A DNA stretch of 64,000 bases, from assembly GCA_039630485.1 (NCBI GenBank), contig JBCNUX010000004.1, positions 808-64,807 on the forward strand, given 5' to 3'. How positions within the stretch are numbered: position 1 is the stretch's first letter; each line of letters opens with the position of its first letter. This DNA is from Chlorobiota bacterium. GTDB taxonomy: Bacteria > Bacteroidota > Ignavibacteria > Kapaibacteriales > HRBIN21. Below, piece after piece: positions 29,457 to 38,145 of this stretch. Under the pieces are notes generated by a model. The model saw only the letters and a list, made by a program, of their open reading frames with translations. It did not search any database and was not told the DNA's origin. Made by a program: the position numbers and the translations under genes.

Positions 29457-30471
29457 AGTGCTCCGAACAGTACTAAGTGCGAAGGACTACGCTAGCGACC
29501 AGGAAGTCCGGTGGTGTCCGGGGTGTGGAGATTACGCCATTCTCAAACAGGTCCAGACGGTGTTGGCCGAGCTGGAGGTGCCACGAGAGAACGTCGTGTT
29601 CATCTCTGGCATCGGCTGCTCCTCGCGCTTTCCGTACTACATGGGCACTTACGGCCTCCACGGCATCCACGGGCGTGCACCAGCTATCGCCTATGGCCTC
29701 AAGATAACCCGCCCGGAGCTCCACGTCTGGATCGTGACTGGTGACGGCGATGGCCTCTCCATCGGCGGCAACCACCTCATCCACATGCTCCGGCGCAACA
29801 TGGACGTGACGATCCTTCTGTTCAACAACGAAGTCTACGGCCTCACCAAGGGGCAAATCTCCCCGACCTCACGCCCAGGACAGCGCACCCCTTCCACTCC
29901 GTGGGGCTCGTTCGAGCATCCCTTCAACCCCGTCGCTCTCGCCTTCGGGGCTGGGGCAACCTTCGTTGCTCGAACGATGGACCGTGACTTAGCCCACATG
30001 CGCTCCGTCCTGAAACGCGCAGCACAGCACCGCGGAGCCGCCTTCGTGGAAATCTACCAGAACTGCCCCGTCTTCAACGACGGAGCCTTCTTCGCCTACA
30101 CAGAGAAGGAGAGCAAGCCCGAGAATGCCCTCTTCGTAGAACACGGTCAACCACTCGTCTTTGGCCGGAATCGGGACAAAGGCTTCGTCCTGGAGGGAAC
30201 GACCCCACGCCTAGTGGACTTCTCGAACGGACTGCCAGAAAACGTGTGGATTCACGATGAAACCGACCGAACGAAGGCAGCACTACTTGTGCAATTGCTG
30301 GGCATGCCAGACAGCGGGCTCCCACGCCCCTTTGGGGTACTCTATGCCGACCCTAGCCGACCCACGTACGAAGAACTCCTTGCCGAGCGCCGCCAGCGGC
30401 TAGCACAACGCTATCCAGCGGACTTGGAGGCACTCCTTCGGGGCAAGAATTGGTGGGAGCTCAGCTCTTAG
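29449..30471 (+). CDS. korB: 2-oxoacid:ferredoxin oxidoreductase subunit beta (TPP-binding)
   Basis: ATG 29449 overlaps the korA stop. WCPGCGDYAIL and the TPP motif VTGDGDGLSIGGNHLIHMLRRN. Confidence 0.9.
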   Translation: MTEVLRTVLSAKDYASDQEVRWCPGCGDYAILKQVQTVLAELEVPRENVVFISGIGCSSRFPYYMGTYGLHGIHGRAPAIAYGLKITRPELHVWIVTGDGDGLSIGGNHLIHMLRRNMDVTILLFNNEVYGLTKGQISPTSRPGQRTPSTPWGSFEHPFNPVALAFGAGATFVARTMDRDLAHMRSVLKRAAQHRGAAFVEIYQNCPVFNDGAFFAYTEKESKPENALFVEHGQPLVFGRNRDKGFVLEGTTPRLVDFSNGLPENVWIHDETDRTKAALLVQLLGMPDSGLPRPFGVLYADPSRPTYEELLAERRQRLAQRYPADLEALLRGKNWWELSS

Positions 30472-30927
30472 TCACCGTTCCAGAGGACGAGCTGCTGCTG
30501 AGCTAACGCCCCACGCTGCCACCGAAGGCCGTAGACACCCGGGGGTAACCCGAAGAAAGGAATGGCCAACTGCTGCCCCCACCACTGCCCTGATCGCAGC
30601 CGCCCCAACACATCCACCAGCTCCCACCGCCACAGCACCGGATGCGCCTGCCGAACAACGAGATGCCCTGCCTCCCACCACCATTCCGACAACTTTAGCC
30701 CTACGGTCCCATGGATCCCACCCTCCTGGCGGCCGATGGAGGGAATAAGTAAGCACAACGCGCTCACACAGAACTGATTCCGACGGGCAGACGACCGTCA
30801 CCACCGTGTCCTGCTTGCCGCCGACAAGCGGAGCCCGCTCGGTTACGAGTACCTCCACCACTGTCTGCTGCGCCCATAGGGCAAGTACACCGGATGACAG
30901 CAGCAACCCTAGTAGCCACATGCCCAT
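30468..30927 (-). pseudogene. small secreted T9SS-CTD protein split over two reading frames (frameshift, indel or sequencing error)
   Basis: ATG 30927 has a GGAGGAGG Shine-Dalgarno sequence. It gives MGMWLLGLLLSSGVLALWAQQTVVEVLVTERAPLVGG...VVCPSES, then decays into Ala/Gly/Arg-rich text. The +1 frame (open from 30797) continues with a protein-like, Trp-rich sequence ending GLPPGVYGLRWQRGALAQQQLVLWNGD (CTD-like), with its stop at 30468. Confidence 0.5.
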
Positions 30928-31028
30928 TGTCTTCCTCCTCTGGATGGCGCTGGCCAGAAAATTACACACGCTATGCGACACGAGCTGCGGGGCATCCCCT
31001 CGATAGCATGCTCCTGCGGCGTCGCCGG

Positions 31029-31036
31029 TAATTTTG
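31029..31036 (+). promoter_or_regulatory. TAnnTTTG promoter box (TAATTTTG) 25 nt upstream of ATG 31061
   Basis: The TTG 'start' of ORF 31034 lies inside this box, which supports ATG 31061 as the true start. Confidence 0.5.
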
Positions 31037-31060
31037 CAATTGCTAGCTCCCAACCCTCGA

Positions 31061-32203
31061 ATGGAGTTGTTCCTCGGCGCTGTCGTAGCACTCCTCAGCT
31101 CGTTCAACCTTGTCTGCTGGTCCAACCTGCGCCGTGTACCACGGCTTTCCCCCAAACGGTGGACACAGCCAGAGGCACCATACGTTTCCGTGTTGGTACC
31201 TGCTCGGAACGAAGCCGAGCGGATTGAACCTTGCATCCATTCGCTCTGCCAGCAGGAGTACCCAGCCTACGAAATCTTGGTGCTCGACGACGAATCTACC
31301 GACACAACCCCAGAGGTGCTGGAGCGTCTACGCCGGCAGTATCCCGAACGGCTCCGTGTCCTTCGTGGTGCTCCCCTGCCCGAGGGATGGGTCGGGAAGC
31401 CATGGGCATGTTACCAGCTTGCGCAGCACGCTCGCGGGGAATGGCTGCTCTTTGTTGACGCTGATACCCGCTTTCATCCCCTGGCGCTTGCCTCAACGCT
31501 ACAGGAGTGTCAGCATCGGCAGTGGCGCTTCGTCTCGCTGCTACCAAGAGAAGAGCTCCGGAGCCTCGTCGAGCAGCTCCTCATCCCACTGCTGTACATC
31601 TTCTACTTCGCCTACCTCCCCGAACGTTGGCGGCGGTATTTTCCGCGATTCCACGCCGCCAGCGGCCAGGCATTCCTCATCCACTCCTCACTCTACTGGG
31701 AGCTTGGCGGACATGCGGCTGTCCGCGGAGAGATCGTAGAGGACTTGGCCCTTGGACGACTCATCGCCCAGCGGCTCGGTAGTGCCCCCGTGGCCGATGC
31801 GACGGAAATCATCTCCTGCCGAATGTACGAGACCTCTCGGGAAGCCTTTCTCGGCTTCTCCAAGAACACCTACCCGGCGATGGGATACCGTTGGTGGACT
31901 CTGGCAGGGTTTGTCGGACACTTGCTCGTCCTCTCGATCCTTCCAGTGCTGGCAACTCTGCTTGGAATAGCGTGGAACTACGCAGCTTGGAGCCTCCTGG
32001 GAGGGACAAGCTACCTGCTGAGCGTTCTACTCCGGTGGCAGGTCAGTCACCGCTTTCGTCTGCCGTACTCTCAGGTCTGGCTCCAGCCACTTGCGACAAT
32101 CGTAGCGAGCGCAATTGCCTTGAACTCCTATCGCTGGAGCATCACAGGCCGCTTGCAATGGAGAGGGCGCTCCTATCGCCCGTCGGTGTCGGTAGCAGAG
32201 TAG
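31061..32203 (+). CDS. membrane-anchored glycosyltransferase family 2
   Basis: N-terminal TM helix, then PYVSVLVPARNEAERIEPCIHSL...VLDDESTD...FVDADT (DxD). C-terminal TM helices. Confidence 0.75.
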   Translation: MELFLGAVVALLSSFNLVCWSNLRRVPRLSPKRWTQPEAPYVSVLVPARNEAERIEPCIHSLCQQEYPAYEILVLDDESTDTTPEVLERLRRQYPERLRVLRGAPLPEGWVGKPWACYQLAQHARGEWLLFVDADTRFHPLALASTLQECQHRQWRFVSLLPREELRSLVEQLLIPLLYIFYFAYLPERWRRYFPRFHAASGQAFLIHSSLYWELGGHAAVRGEIVEDLALGRLIAQRLGSAPVADATEIISCRMYETSREAFLGFSKNTYPAMGYRWWTLAGFVGHLLVLSILPVLATLLGIAWNYAAWSLLGGTSYLLSVLLRWQVSHRFRLPYSQVWLQPLATIVASAIALNSYRWSITGRLQWRGRSYRPSVSVAE

Positions 32204-32204
32204 T

Positions 32205-32229
32205 GCCCCGAAGGGCTTTTGTATTTTTG
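32205..32229 (+). terminator. weak hairpin plus T-tract after the GT2 gene
   Basis: GCCC-CGAA-GGGC (32205..32216) followed by TTTTGTATTTTT. The stem is only 4 bp, and the T-rich stretch doubles as the adk promoter box. Confidence 0.3.
32222..32229 (+). promoter_or_regulatory. TAnnTTTG promoter box (TATTTTTG) upstream of adk
   Basis: It lies within TGTATTTTTGCTGCC (32220..32234), 68 nt upstream of ATG 32297. Confidence 0.45.
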
Positions 32230-32296
32230 CTGCCAGTGTAAGCCCCTCAGTAGCAGGCTCGCAGAAGGCAAAGGTGCTGATACATACAGGGTCAGC

Positions 32297-32878
32297 ATGG
32301 TCATTGTGCTCTTCGGTGCCCCAGGCGTCGGCAAAGGGACCCAAGCCCAGCTATTGGCAGAGCGATACGGCCTACCCCATCTCTCCACTGGTGAAGCTTT
32401 TCGGCATGCTATTCAGGAGAACTCTGAGCTCGGAGAGAAAGTCCGGTACTACGTAGAGAACGGATTGCTGGTGCCCGACGAGGTAGTGACAGCTATCGTA
32501 GAGCAGTTCCTCTCCTCACCACCTTACCTCCAGAACTGCATCTTGGATGGCTTCCCTCGGACCCTTCCGCAGGCGCAGGCGCTCGACGTGCTCCTCCAAC
32601 GCCAAGGAAGAGCTGTGGACGCGGTCGTCAACATCGTGGTGGCAGAGGAAGAGATCGTCCATCGTCTTCTGCTACGCGGCCGCCCAGACGACTCCGAAGC
32701 TGTCATTCGGCAGCGACTCCAGGTCTACGCTGAACAGACACAACCTGTGCTGGACTACTACGCCCAGCAGGGCAAGCTGTGGAGCGTGGATGGGAATGCA
32801 GACATCGAGACAGTCCACCAGCGAATTGTCCAACTTCTCCAGAGCATCTCCGTCGACAATGTGCCGTCGTCGCAGTAA
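32297..32878 (+). CDS. adk: adenylate kinase (short-lid type)
   Basis: ATG 32297. MVIVLFGAPGVGKGTQAQLLAERYGLPHLSTGEAFR..., DGFPRT, RGRPDD. Confidence 0.95.
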   Translation: MVIVLFGAPGVGKGTQAQLLAERYGLPHLSTGEAFRHAIQENSELGEKVRYYVENGLLVPDEVVTAIVEQFLSSPPYLQNCILDGFPRTLPQAQALDVLLQRQGRAVDAVVNIVVAEEEIVHRLLLRGRPDDSEAVIRQRLQVYAEQTQPVLDYYAQQGKLWSVDGNADIETVHQRIVQLLQSISVDNVPSSQ

Positions 32879-35765
32879 CCCGTGGGTTGTGGCCATCTTG
32901 GCCACCGCTACACTCTGGGGGCAACAGGATGCCCGACAGCTCCCACTATACCTCCAAGCTGGCATGGAGACCCAGTCTATTCGCTGGGGGGCTATCCGGC
33001 GGGTCAATCTGCAGGACTATCGCCCCGAAGACTTTATAAAACCCCATGAAGGCCCCCACCTGCTCCATGGCCCCACAAGGATACCGCTGGTCAACATCTC
33101 CCCATATCCCTTAGACCAGAGCGAGACGTGGATCACCCTCCACCCCCAGAACCCGCGCCTCCTACTGGCGGGTGCCAACGATTCACGCTACAACTACGGC
33201 GGCAACTACCGCATGGTCTCCTACCGTAGCACAGACGGCGGCCGAACGTGGAGCGCTGCCCTGACCCCACAGAACTTCTTCGTGCCTACCAACACTGGTG
33301 CAGCAATCGCTGACCCGGGCCTCTGCTTCGATTCTGATGGGAACGCGTACTACAGCCACATCATGGTACAGCTCCTCAACGATGAGCCGAGCGGCACCAA
33401 CGGGGTCTTCGTTGCTCTCTCCACCAACGCCGGGCAGAGTTGGACGGAGCTCTCCCCCGTTACGCTCAACCAGGGGCAGAACGTTCCCTTCGACGACAAG
33501 TGCTTGATGGTGGTAGACACCATCAGCACCTCTCCGTACCGCAACTCCATCTACGTCGCATGGCGGCGCTTCGGAGGCACACCAGGCATTTACGTCGCAC
33601 GTAGCACAGACCGCGGGCAGAGCTGGAGCGTTCCTGTTCTGCTTCCGGGTAGCGGCGGAGACACCCAAGCCCCGATCTTAGCTGTCGGTCCTCAAGGACA
33701 GGTCTACGTCGCCTGGCGGCAGCGCCTCGGCAATCGAGAGAATGCCCTCTTCCAAATCTCCACCGATGGAGGCCGTACATGGCGGTCTGCCCCTGTACTA
33801 GCGCAGTCCGTTGTGGTACCGGGAACTATCAATTCGGCAAGCGGCCGGCAAGTCTTGCCTGACAAGCAGAACATCCGCGTCAGCTCCTACCCCGCTATCG
33901 CTGTGGATCTCTCCACAGGTCCCCGCCGTGGTTGGATCTACTTGGCGCAAGCTGGCCGGGACGACCTCGGCCGGACGGGCATCTACTTAACGTACTCCAC
34001 CAATGGTGGCACGATCTGGGCTCTTCCACAGCGGATTGACAACAACGCGCTCAACAACGATGTCTTCTTCCCCGCCATCTGCGTAGATCCCGTGACGGGT
34101 ATGATTGCCGTGCTCTACTATAGCTCGCAGCACGACCCGCAGAACAAAGGAGTGGATGCCTACCTGGCCATCTCGCGTGATGCCCAAAGCTGGCGCCACG
34201 TACGACTCACTCCCTGGACGTTCTACATTGACGGCCCCGAGGATGTCTCCTTCCAGGGGCCGGGCAACTACTACTGGGGCGACTATACTGGAATCACTGC
34301 ATACGGCGGGCGCATCTACCCCTGCTTCTGGATGCCCAACGCACCCCGTGGCTCCTTCAGTACCTTGGATGCCTACGTCGCACTCGTCAGCTCAGCTCCA
34401 CGTCCTCCAGACAGCCTTCGAGCTACTTTCCCTGCTGCTGGCTCTGTCCGCCTACGGTGGCGCGATCCAACGGAGAACCTCCTGGGCGAGCCTTTGGGAG
34501 ACTTCGTCATCCGTGTCTTCCGGGGCTCTACTCTTGTGGCAACTATCCCCAAGGGCCAGCAGGAGTATACCGAATCTGGGCTTCCTGACGGCGATCCGTT
34601 CAGCTACACGCTCGTCGCCGTCGCCCCTGACAGCTTAGAGAGCGAACCCATTACCATTTCTGGCTTCGTTGGTGGCGCAAGGGAACCTCTCCCCCCGACG
34701 GATATCCTCGCTCGCCCCCATGAGGATGGAGTCTTCCTCTCGTGGCGCAATCCCGCTTACCACATTGACAGCTCAGACTTCTACGACTTTGCACGGCTCT
34801 ACATCTACGACATCGCAACAGGTGCCCCGATCGACAGCTTGGAGCCTCCCCGGGTGCAGGCAGGTGCGCCAACGTCCCACGTAGTGAGGCTCCCTGCTGG
34901 TCGCTTCTATCAGCTTTTCCTACGTGCCGCGGGTCTACGAAGCGGTCGGCTAACATTGAGCCAGCCGTCCGACACGGTGCTGGCATACGCAGGAGCTCCA
35001 TTGCGGCAGTTCTATGCTACCTTTGATGATAGTGCCACAACCCCCGCGATGTTCACCAATGGCGCCTGGGGGTTGACGACTCGGGCCGCCGTCTCACCCC
35101 CGAACTCCCTGACGGACTCCCCTGTGGGGAATTATCCTCACCGCTCTAACACCTGGGTAGTGCTTGCCCCTGTGCTCGTTTCAGCAGCTACCCCAACACT
35201 CAGCTATGAGACGATCGCCTTGGTAGAAGTAGGCGATACAGCCGTGACAGACGTTTCCCCCGACTTCGGACGGACATGGTACGTGGTGCAAGCAATTGAC
35301 ATCCGTCGCTCGCCTGGCTTCCGAGACAGTGTGGGGAACAGCCAGTGGGTCTCCGAACACCGCGACCTACGGCGCTTCATCGGCGATACGCTCTACATCC
35401 GCTTCCGACTGCGCTCCAACCCGCTGCGGAACAACGACGGCTGGTACATCGACAACGTCCGCTTGGATGCAGCCGAGCCCGATGCCATCACGGAGCCAAT
35501 CACTGCGACACCTTCAGCGCTACTCTTCCCGCAGCCAGCGGCTGAAGAGGTATGGATAGAGCTCCCGACCTCAACTCCGCCGAAGCCAGCGAGGTTGGTT
35601 CAGGCCGTCGATGTTCTGGGGCAAGTGTATTGGCTCCCCGCTGAGCCGGTGGTAGCCGACGCTGGTATAGTACGCCTCCGCTGCGATGTTCGCCATCTCC
35701 CCACAGGCCTCTACTTGCTCCGGCTGTGGGATGGTCTGACCGCTCCGCTGCTCATCGCACGTTGA
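32859..35765 (+). CDS. large BNR/Asp-box (sialidase-like propeller) protein with FN3-like modules and T9SS C-terminal domain
   Basis: ORF 32547..35765 trimmed to ATG 32859 (MCRRRSNPWVVAILATATLWGQQ, signal peptide). It overlaps the adk end by 20 nt. Asp-boxes STDGGRTWS, STNAGQSWT, STDRGQSWS, STDGGRTWR, STNGGTIW. The C-terminus is ...HLPTGLYLLRLWDGLTAPLLIAR. Confidence 0.75.
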   Translation: MCRRRSNPWVVAILATATLWGQQDARQLPLYLQAGMETQSIRWGAIRRVNLQDYRPEDFIKPHEGPHLLHGPTRIPLVNISPYPLDQSETWITLHPQNPRLLLAGANDSRYNYGGNYRMVSYRSTDGGRTWSAALTPQNFFVPTNTGAAIADPGLCFDSDGNAYYSHIMVQLLNDEPSGTNGVFVALSTNAGQSWTELSPVTLNQGQNVPFDDKCLMVVDTISTSPYRNSIYVAWRRFGGTPGIYVARSTDRGQSWSVPVLLPGSGGDTQAPILAVGPQGQVYVAWRQRLGNRENALFQISTDGGRTWRSAPVLAQSVVVPGTINSASGRQVLPDKQNIRVSSYPAIAVDLSTGPRRGWIYLAQAGRDDLGRTGIYLTYSTNGGTIWALPQRIDNNALNNDVFFPAICVDPVTGMIAVLYYSSQHDPQNKGVDAYLAISRDAQSWRHVRLTPWTFYIDGPEDVSFQGPGNYYWGDYTGITAYGGRIYPCFWMPNAPRGSFSTLDAYVALVSSAPRPPDSLRATFPAAGSVRLRWRDPTENLLGEPLGDFVIRVFRGSTLVATIPKGQQEYTESGLPDGDPFSYTLVAVAPDSLESEPITISGFVGGAREPLPPTDILARPHEDGVFLSWRNPAYHIDSSDFYDFARLYIYDIATGAPIDSLEPPRVQAGAPTSHVVRLPAGRFYQLFLRAAGLRSGRLTLSQPSDTVLAYAGAPLRQFYATFDDSATTPAMFTNGAWGLTTRAAVSPPNSLTDSPVGNYPHRSNTWVVLAPVLVSAATPTLSYETIALVEVGDTAVTDVSPDFGRTWYVVQAIDIRRSPGFRDSVGNSQWVSEHRDLRRFIGDTLYIRFRLRSNPLRNNDGWYIDNVRLDAAEPDAITEPITATPSALLFPQPAAEEVWIELPTSTPPKPARLVQAVDVLGQVYWLPAEPVVADAGIVRLRCDVRHLPTGLYLLRLWDGLTAPLLIAR

Positions 35766-36751
35766 TGGAGGAGCTCTGGGATACAGTCATCATCGGGGCT
35801 GGTCCAACGGGTCTATCGTGTGGAATTGAAGCCCAGAGGGCTGGGCTCCGCTTCCTCATCTTGGAAAAGGGAGCCCTCGTAGACTCCATCCGCCGCTTTC
35901 CGACCAACATGGTCTTCTTCTCTACTGCGGAGAACCTGGAACTCGGAGGCATCCCCTTTCCGACAGCTCATCCCCGTCCGACACGGGTAGAAGCACTCCA
36001 ATACTACCGCCGAGTCGCCGAGTACTTCCAGTTGCCCATCCGGCTCTACACGCCAGTGGTGAGTGTGGAGCGCGATGGTGGGCTCTTCTCTGTACGCACT
36101 GCCCGTGGCGAAACTCTGCGCAGCCGCACAGTGATCGTAGCCACGGGATACTTTGACCAGCCAAACCTCCTAGAGGTGCCTGGAGAGGAGCTTCCGCATG
36201 TGACGCACTACTACACAGAGCCATACGGCTATGTGCACACCCGCGTCGCTGTCATCGGCGGACGGAATTCCGCGGTGGAGACGGCCTTGGACCTCTACCG
36301 GCACGGGGCTACTGTCTTTCTCGTCCACCGGAGAGCATGGATTGGAGAGTCCGTGAAGTACTGGCTCAAGCCAGACATAGAGAACCGTATCCGCCGGGGG
36401 GAGATTCGTGCCTACTTCCGGACTGTCGTGGAGGCAATTGAGCCCAAGCGTCTCTGGCTTCGGAACCTCGATACTGGGCAGCGCTTCACACTAGAGGTAG
36501 ACTTCGTGATTGCCCACACAGGATACCGTCCCAACGCCCCGTTCCTGGAATCCATGGGGATTGAGCTCCAACACCCCTCGCTGGTGCCGGTCTACAACCC
36601 AGAGACCTTCGAGACCTCTGTGCCTGGACTCTACGTAGCCGGTTCCGTCGTCTGCGGTTGCGAGACGTGGAATGTCTTCATCGAGAACGGACGCACCCAT
36701 GCTGTCCCCATCATCGCCGACATCCTACAGCGGCATGTCCCCAACCGGTAA
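35765..36751 (+). CDS. ypdA: YpdA-family putative bacillithiol disulfide reductase (FAD/NAD(P) oxidoreductase)
   Basis: ATG 35765 makes a TGATG overlap. DTVIIGAGPTGLSCGIEAQRAGL...FFST.E.LE.G...ATGYFDQPN...VIGGRNSAVE...FIENGR is collinear with B. subtilis YpdA as I recall it. Confidence 0.8.
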   Translation: MEELWDTVIIGAGPTGLSCGIEAQRAGLRFLILEKGALVDSIRRFPTNMVFFSTAENLELGGIPFPTAHPRPTRVEALQYYRRVAEYFQLPIRLYTPVVSVERDGGLFSVRTARGETLRSRTVIVATGYFDQPNLLEVPGEELPHVTHYYTEPYGYVHTRVAVIGGRNSAVETALDLYRHGATVFLVHRRAWIGESVKYWLKPDIENRIRRGEIRAYFRTVVEAIEPKRLWLRNLDTGQRFTLEVDFVIAHTGYRPNAPFLESMGIELQHPSLVPVYNPETFETSVPGLYVAGSVVCGCETWNVFIENGRTHAVPIIADILQRHVPNR

Positions 36752-36760
36752 GCTCCGAAT

Positions 36761-36799
36761 AAAAAAAGAGCCCGGCGGCGTTGGGGGACCCCCAGGCTC
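36761..36799 (-). terminator. minus-strand rho-independent terminator with no minus-strand gene upstream
   Basis: The - strand reads GAGCCTGG...CCGGGCTC (8 bp including one G-U) followed by TTTTTTT. The + strand has A7 at 36761..36767. Confidence 0.5.
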
Positions 36800-36845
36800 G
36801 AGCATCTGGCGCGCCGCTCAGGGGAGAGAGCAGCGCTCAGCTCGA
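36761..36845 (-). ncRNA. candidate small RNA (about 80-85 nt) between ypdA and the GT4 gene
   Basis: It is bounded by the minus-oriented TATTTTTG box (36849..36856) and the minus-oriented terminator (36761..36799). Both flanking genes are on the + strand. Confidence 0.3.
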
Positions 36846-36848
36846 CCG

Positions 36849-36856
36849 CAAAAATA
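36849..36856 (-). promoter_or_regulatory. orphan TAnnTTTG box (TATTTTTG) on - strand
   Basis: The + strand reads CAAAAATA at 36849..36856. There is no minus-strand CDS downstream. Confidence 0.4.
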
Positions 36857-36887
36857 CGCACTGCTCCTATCCTAGTGCCCAAGCTCG

Positions 36888-38072
36888 ATGGCGTCCTATC
36901 CCAAAGAGCATTCCCGCCGCTGGCTCTGCTGCGGACGCTTCCCGCCCCCACGCGACGGCCAGAGTATCGCTACCCAGGAGCTAGTAGAGCTACTGGCCCC
37001 CGACATCACGTTCACCTGCCTAAACTCCACAGCCCGACCGCCCGAAGGCCGCATCATCCCACCCGGACGACTCCGCATACAGCGCGTCAGGGAGATGCTT
37101 CGCTACCTTTCTACCCTTCGCAGCTTCATGACCCGCCACCCCTCCCCCATCCTCTACGCTATCTTCTCTGGCAGCTGGCCGGGCCATCTCCGCGACTGTG
37201 CCGCCTTTGCATGGGCCATTCCACCCCAATGCCCTGTAGTGGCATGGCCTCACAATTCCCTACAAACGCTTACAAGTTCTGCCGTAGGTCGGCAGACCCT
37301 CGGCTGGATTGCACGGCGGATACGCTCCTTCGTCATCGCAGGACCAAGTCTTAGCAAGCCCTTACAGGGGATCGTACCCCAAGACCGGATTGCCATCATC
37401 CCCAACCTCATTGCTCGCGCCCTGCTCTGTTCACGGGAAGAGGTAGAGCAGAAGCTAGCGCGGCTCCCTTCTTCACCCCTACGGCTCCTCTTCGTCGGAC
37501 ACATGATGCCGGAGAAAGGTGGCTGGCGCCTGTTGGAAGCTATTGCACTCCTCCAAGCCGCTGGCATTCCGTGCCAAGCAACGTATGTAGGCGGCTGGAG
37601 CTCTCCAGCAGATGCCACTTCGTTTGCAGAGCGTGTCCGCATACTCGGACTGCAGGAGAGAGTCCACCACCATGGGCTCGTTAGCAATCCAGCTATGCTA
37701 CGGGAGCTCTACCTCACGCACCACCTCATGGTGCTACCGACAGACCATCCCCTAGAAGCTCAACCTATCAGCATCATCGAGGCTCTCAACGCCGGCTGTG
37801 CTGTCGTTAGCACCCCACGGGGCTCCATTCCTGATGTTGTCTGTTCTGGTGTTCACGGCTTCCTCACCGATCCCTCACCCGAAGCTATTGCTACAGCCAT
37901 AGCCCGTTACTGGCACGAACCCGGTCTCTGGCAAGCTCATGCCCGTGCAGCTCGCTCCCAATTTGAGAGCAATTTCAGCCCCGAAATCATCCGCCAACGC
38001 TGGCTACAGCTCCTCCTTGAGGTAGAGGCCGAGTATCGTCGATTCCAGCACGCAAACATGAAGGGATGGTAA
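36888..38072 (+). CDS. glycosyltransferase family 4 (group 1)
   Basis: 394-aa ORF with a GT-B C-terminal block (LLFVGHMMPEKGGWRLLEA...HHLMVLPTDHPLEAQPISIIEALNAGCAVVSTPRGSIPDVV). Confidence 0.7.
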   Translation: MASYPKEHSRRWLCCGRFPPPRDGQSIATQELVELLAPDITFTCLNSTARPPEGRIIPPGRLRIQRVREMLRYLSTLRSFMTRHPSPILYAIFSGSWPGHLRDCAAFAWAIPPQCPVVAWPHNSLQTLTSSAVGRQTLGWIARRIRSFVIAGPSLSKPLQGIVPQDRIAIIPNLIARALLCSREEVEQKLARLPSSPLRLLFVGHMMPEKGGWRLLEAIALLQAAGIPCQATYVGGWSSPADATSFAERVRILGLQERVHHHGLVSNPAMLRELYLTHHLMVLPTDHPLEAQPISIIEALNAGCAVVSTPRGSIPDVVCSGVHGFLTDPSPEAIATAIARYWHEPGLWQAHARAARSQFESNFSPEIIRQRWLQLLLEVEAEYRRFQHANMKGW

Positions 38073-38145
38073 TCCCCAGGCTGACGGAACTCGTACCCCA
38101 AAATCTCGTAGTTTCGTGCAAGTTCCAGCTACTTCCGCGACCCTC

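Noticed and set aside
36888-38072. GT4 gene next to ypdA as the bacillithiol synthase BshA
   Set aside because: Adjacency is suggestive. But the sequence does not resemble B. subtilis BshA as I recall it beyond the generic GT-B C-terminal fold. The evidence is insufficient.
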